A DNA stretch of 64,000 nt. Source: Myxococcales bacterium (GTDB taxonomy: Bacteria > Myxococcota_A > Polyangia > Polyangiales > DASUME01). Both the position numbers and the translations under genes were made by a program. The DNA lies in contig JASGJH010000001.1 in the NCBI GenBank assembly GCA_047601445.1, positions 4,672,001 to 4,736,000 on the forward strand, in the 5' to 3' direction. Below, piece by piece: positions 59,885-64,000 of the stretch. How positions within the stretch are numbered: position 1 is the stretch's first letter; every line of letters starts with the position of its first letter. The notes beneath the pieces are model-generated. The model was not told the origin of the DNA. It was given only the letters and a program-made list of their open reading frames with translations, and made no database searches.

Positions 59885-60988
59885 CTAGCGCTCGGCGTGC
59901 TTCTGCAGCTCCGCCCAATTGTCGAGCAACGGCTTTGACTCGATTGGGGTGGCAGCCGCGCGCACGTCCTTGATGCGTTGAGAGAGGTCGGGGTGGGTGC
60001 CCAGCCAAGACACGAAGCCTGGCAGGTTGCCCTCGCGCTTCTCGAGGATGACGAAGAAGTCCGCCAGCGCGTTCGGGTCGAGCTGCGCACGGGCGAGGGT
60101 CCGCACGGCGTCCATGTCGGCCTCGTGCTCCTGCTCCCGGCTGTAGCTGTTCACCGCTCCCTCTTGCAGCACCTGCACGGCCACCGCGGCGATGCCACTC
60201 ACGTCGCCGAACAAGAGCTGGATGGCCGCCACGATGCCGAGGGACTGGGCGATGCGCTTCATGCCGTGCCGGCGCGTGACGTGGGACATCTCGTGCGCGA
60301 GCACTCCAGCGAGCTGCTCGGGCGTCTTGGCGGCGCGGATCAAGCCCGTGTAAATCACCATGGGCCCGCCAGGCAAGGCGAAGGCGTTCACGATCGCGGC
60401 GTCCACCACACGGGGCTCGAACGTGAAGCCATCGACGGGTTTGGGCGCGAGCCGCTTCATGATGCGCTCGATGCCTTCCTTGAGCACCGGATCGGACACC
60501 ACGCTGCCCTGCAGGTCCATGTGCTCCACGGCCAACTCGCCGATTTGTTCGTCCACCGAACGCGGCAGCATCTGCACCGATGCTTGCCCTGCGCTCTTGA
60601 TGCCCAAGTAGCCGCCGCCCAGGAGCGCCACGGCCAAGAGCCCTAGCGCGAGCCACAAGCCCAAGCTGCGCCGCCCCTCCGCGCGCAAACGCAACGAGAG
60701 CTGCTCGAGCTGCGGCCCAAGCTCACGCCGCGCCTGCTCCCCGAGCGCTTCACGAAAGCCCGGCTCCTCGCAGAAGAGCGTAATCGCCTCGGGCTCGCGC
60801 GTGCGACAGAACCACATGCGCCCGCTGGCCCCGCCAAGCTCCAACTCACAGGCGCGATAGGGAACCCGAAAGATCTGCCCCTCGGCTGTCTCGCCCACCA
60901 ACGCGTCGCCCTCGAAGCGAAGCATCGCCCCCGCTCGCCCGCCCTCGATGGATTTGGCGAACACGCCGCCTTTGAAGTCGCGCTGCAT
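59885..60988 (-). CDS. M48-family zinc metallopeptidase
   Basis: VNAFALPGG, LAHEMSH, YSREQEHEAD, THP. Confidence 0.93.
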   Translation of the reverse strand: MQRDFKGGVFAKSIEGGRAGAMLRFEGDALVGETAEGQIFRVPYRACELELGGASGRMWFCRTREPEAITLFCEEPGFREALGEQARRELGPQLEQLSLRLRAEGRRSLGLWLALGLLAVALLGGGYLGIKSAGQASVQMLPRSVDEQIGELAVEHMDLQGSVVSDPVLKEGIERIMKRLAPKPVDGFTFEPRVVDAAIVNAFALPGGPMVIYTGLIRAAKTPEQLAGVLAHEMSHVTRRHGMKRIAQSLGIVAAIQLLFGDVSGIAAVAVQVLQEGAVNSYSREQEHEADMDAVRTLARAQLDPNALADFFVILEKREGNLPGFVSWLGTHPDLSQRIKDVRAAATPIESKPLLDNWAELQKHAER

Positions 60989-61041
60989 CAACTGAAAAAA
61001 AGCGTAGCAGAAACTGACAAATCGCTTGGGCAGGTCGGCGG

Positions 61042-61209
61042 GCATCCTGCATCCGGCATCCGGCATCCGGCATCCGGCATCCGGCATCCGCCATCGGCCA
61101 TCCGCCAGCGGCCAGCGGCCAGCGGCCAGCGGCCATCCGCCATCTGCCATCTGCCATCTGCCAGCGGCCATCCGCTATCGGCCATCCGCTATCGGCCATC
61201 CGCTATCCG
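61042..61209 (+). repeat. 24 in-phase degenerate heptamer tandem repeats
   Basis: GCATCCG, CCAGCGG, CCATCTG and CTATCGG blocks with unbroken 7-bp period. Confidence 0.92.
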
Positions 61210-61229
61210 CACGCAGCGGTCCGCTTGCG

Positions 61230-61340
61230 GCCTCGGACACCGCCACCGCCTCGGACACCGCCACCGCCTCGGACACCGCCACCGCCTCGGACACTGCCAC
61301 CGCCACCGCCGTGGTCACGACCGCCGTGGTCACGACCGCT
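61230..61340 (+). repeat. Four 18-bp repeats followed by two 15-bp repeats
   Basis: GCCTCGGACACCGCCACC x4; ACCGCCGTGGTCACG x2. Confidence 0.9.
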
Positions 61341-61416
61341 ACCGTGACAACGGCCGGCTTCCTCCTTCTCCGCGCGCAGAGGGTTGGCGGGGCTACCTAG
61401 TGGGGCAGGAGGAACG

Positions 61417-61602
61417 ATGCCTACTAGCGGACCTGCGACGGAGACCGCGCGTGCGGCTCGGCTCAGCCAGCATCCACTCAACGAGCTGCCCTGGATTCGG
61501 AACGCGGAAGCGCCGCCCATGGAGACCTCCGACGAGCTCCAGGACATGAGCGGAATGGACGCGTTCCCCGCCAGCGATCCCCCCTGCTGCGCCACCCCCT
61601 AG
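61417..61602 (+). CDS. Small protein with FPASDPP motif
   Basis: AGGAGG RBS; DAFPASDPP resembles the SFPASDPP motif of small bacterial hypothetical proteins. Confidence 0.6.
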   Translation: MPTSGPATETARAARLSQHPLNELPWIRNAEAPPMETSDELQDMSGMDAFPASDPPCCATP

Positions 61603-61847
61603 CCCGAAGCGGTTGCTCTCGTGGGCCCCCCAAGGCCTCGCGCGACTGGTCGCTGTTCACGTCGCCGTCAAAGGTCCACGTTCACGTCGCCGTCAACCTA
61701 GTCATGCACGTGATCGTCCTCGTGCTCGACCTCCCCCATCCCCCATTTCCCCCTCTCTCCGCTCTGCTCGACATCCCTCCCGCACCAATGGCAGCATGGG
61801 GACATCGGCGCGGGATTGCTGGCTTTCCCCGCCCAGACAGGGTCCCC

Positions 61848-62897
61848 ATGAGCCTCCAGGAAGAAGCCGAACGACTGCGCGCCGAACTCGAGAAGCTCGA
61901 CCTGGTTCGGGTGCGGGTGGCCCTGTTTGGACAACCGGGAGCCGGCAAGTCCTCCCTCATCAACGCCCTGGTGGGACGCGAAGTGGCCGTCACCGGTGAG
62001 CGGACGGACACCACGGTGGAGGCCCATAGCTATCACCACGACGGCGTCGAGTACACCGATCTCCCCGGCTTCGGAACCACGCGCTTCCCGGCCGACACAT
62101 ACTGGAGTCGCTTCAAGCTCGACGAGCAAGACCTGCTTCTGTGCGTCAAGGACGGCAAGTTCAGCGACGCAGACGACCGCATGTTCTTCGAGCAGCTCTG
62201 GCGACGGGGCAAGGTGTGCCTGTTCGTGCACAACAAGGCCGACACGCTGTGGTCCAACACCAAGACGCCCGATGAGATCCGCGACGAGCTGCGGCGTGAC
62301 TTGGCCGAGCGACTGGCCCCGCGCTCCGCCACCATGGTGTTCACGAGCTGCCGCACCAAGGACGGCCTCGACGAGCTCGAGCGCGCCGTCGGCGACTACC
62401 TGCCCGACGCCAAGCGTGAACGCTGGGAGCGCGCCGCAGCCGCTTACTCGGAAGAATGGCTCGTTCGCAAGCGCAACATCATCAAGCGCGAGGTGCACAT
62501 CGGCGCTGCGTTGTCCGCGGTGAATGGCTTCAATCCCATCCCCGGCGCGGACCTCGCCATCGATCTCTCGGCCCTGGCTGGCCTCTTGGTGCGCATCCGC
62601 AGCCACTACGGTCTCAGCGATGCGCGACTCGAGCGCTATCTGCAGTACGCACCCGCGGTGAAGGCCCTCACCGACAAGATCCTCAAGTACGCCACGCGCG
62701 AAGGCCTGCTCTTGTTGGCCAAGCGCTTCGCCAGTCGTCAGCTCGAAAAGCAAGTCAGCAAGTACATCCCGCTCGTGGGGCAAGCAGTGGCCGCCAGCGT
62801 CGGCTACGGCATTACCCTGCAGGTGGGCTTCGAGTTCCTCGACACCTGCCACGAGCTCGCGCTCGAGGTCATGAAAGCCGAACTCAAGTCCGCCTGA
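61848..62897 (+). CDS. GTPase resembling interferon-inducible IRG/IIGP GTPases, with a DUF697-like helical C-terminus
   Basis: GQPGAGKSSLIN, DLPGFGTTRFP..Y, NKAD, NPIPGADLAID. Confidence 0.8.
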   Translation: MSLQEEAERLRAELEKLDLVRVRVALFGQPGAGKSSLINALVGREVAVTGERTDTTVEAHSYHHDGVEYTDLPGFGTTRFPADTYWSRFKLDEQDLLLCVKDGKFSDADDRMFFEQLWRRGKVCLFVHNKADTLWSNTKTPDEIRDELRRDLAERLAPRSATMVFTSCRTKDGLDELERAVGDYLPDAKRERWERAAAAYSEEWLVRKRNIIKREVHIGAALSAVNGFNPIPGADLAIDLSALAGLLVRIRSHYGLSDARLERYLQYAPAVKALTDKILKYATREGLLLLAKRFASRQLEKQVSKYIPLVGQAVAASVGYGITLQVGFEFLDTCHELALEVMKAELKSA

Positions 62898-62982
62898 GCG
62901 CCTCGTTTTTTGCTCGCGGGCGGAGCCGCCCGCTTCGACAGCCCCTTCTTGCCCGCTCTCATGCGAGAGCTTGGAGACCACC

Positions 62983-64000
62983 TTGGCCCAAGACACGATC
63001 CCACTGCGCCTGATCACCCAAGCCAAACAGCGCCCTCGCGAACCGGCCTACTTCACGAAGCGCGATGGCATCTGGCGCGGCACCAGCTGGGCGGACTACG
63101 CCGAAGAGGTGCGTCGCGCAGCCAAGGCGATGATCGCGCTGGGCCTGGAGCCTGGGCAAAACGTGGCCATGCTGGGCTTCAATCGCCCCGAATGGACCAT
63201 CTTCCTGCTCGCGGCCATGTCGGCGGGAGGCGCGGGAGCAGGCATCTACGCCACCTGTTCACCCAGCGAGGTGCAGTACATCGTGCACCACGCCGAAGCG
63301 CCCATCGTGTTGGTGGAGAACGAGACCCAGTGGCTCAAGATCAAGGCGCAGCGCCAGAACCTGCCGCTCTTGCGCCACGTGGTCCTGATGAAGGGAGCGC
63401 AGAAGATCGACGACCCCATGGTGCTCACGTGGGAAGCCTTCAACGCGCGCGCCCATTCCGTGCAGGACGAAGTCTTCTGGCGCCGTCTGCACGCGCTCAA
63501 GCCCACCGGTTTGGCCTCGCTGATCTACACCTCGGGCACTACGGGTCCGCCCAAGGCCGTGATGCTCTCCCATGCCAACCTCATTTGGACGGCGGACGTG
63601 TGCCGCGAGATCACGCGCTTGGTCGCGAGTGACTCGAGCCTTTCCTACCTGCCGCTCTCGCACATCGCCGAGCAGATGTTCACGGTGCACGCCCCCGTCA
63701 CCATCGGCGCCGCCATCTACTACGCCGAGTCCATCGAGAAGGTGCCGGACAACCTGCGTGAGACTCAGCCCACCGTGCTGTTCGGTGTGCCGCGCATCTG
63801 GGAGAAGTTCCACGCGGGCATCCAGGCCAAGCTGCAAGAAGTTCGCGGACCCAAGAAGCTCCTGCTCGACTGGGCGCGCGGCGTGGCCCGCCAGGTCAAC
63901 GACCTGCGCAATTCCGGCAAGGAGCCCAACATCGAGCTGGCCCTGCAGCACGAGCTCGCCAAGAAGCTCGTGTTCACCAAGCTCAAGACTGCCCTCGGGC
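62983..64000 (+). CDS. Long-chain fatty acid-CoA ligase (AMP-binding enzyme); 3' end runs off the window
   Basis: Not in the ORF track; TTG start after GGAG; NRPEW, IYTSGTTGPPK, YLPLSHIAE, VPRIWEK. Confidence 0.92.
   Translation, partial: MAQDTIPLRLITQAKQRPREPAYFTKRDGIWRGTSWADYAEEVRRAAKAMIALGLEPGQNVAMLGFNRPEWTIFLLAAMSAGGAGAGIYATCSPSEVQYIVHHAEAPIVLVENETQWLKIKAQRQNLPLLRHVVLMKGAQKIDDPMVLTWEAFNARAHSVQDEVFWRRLHALKPTGLASLIYTSGTTGPPKAVMLSHANLIWTADVCREITRLVASDSSLSYLPLSHIAEQMFTVHAPVTIGAAIYYAESIEKVPDNLRETQPTVLFGVPRIWEKFHAGIQAKLQEVRGPKKLLLDWARGVARQVNDLRNSGKEPNIELALQHELAKKLVFTKLKTALG

Noticed and set aside
60989..61171. N-terminal extension MAAGRWQMADG... of the M48 peptidase
   Set aside because: It is largely the translation of the heptamer repeat; the likely start is ATG 60988.

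Overview
High-GC bacterial chromosomal segment, most consistent with a myxobacterium (many GDGD-linker and Cys-rich lipoproteins, a Ser/Thr kinase, sigma54-like promoters); taxon is inferred. It contains tRNA-Ser(TGA), kptA, a BMP-type purine/nucleoside ABC operon, a guanidine carboxylase locus (ABC importer, two DUF1989 deiminase subunits, carboxylase with the guanidine-type Asp, porin), serA with a D-2-hydroxyacid dehydrogenase-like gene, map, three AIM24 genes and many secreted proteins. I found no integrase, transposase, RT or CRISPR-Cas. The most notable items are: (1) a family of ~245-bp intergenic elements with a conserved core but element-specific, near-perfect 37-39-bp terminal stems, two of them forming an inverted pair; (2) a divergent TGT paralog lacking the usual RNAR tRNA-contact motif, coupled to an MnmC-like methyltransferase; (3) two cytochrome c-copper monooxygenase fusion lipoproteins; (4) a large divergent di-heme lipoprotein; (5) an IRG/IIGP-like GTPase. 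All calls come from motif recognition by eye; no searches were run.
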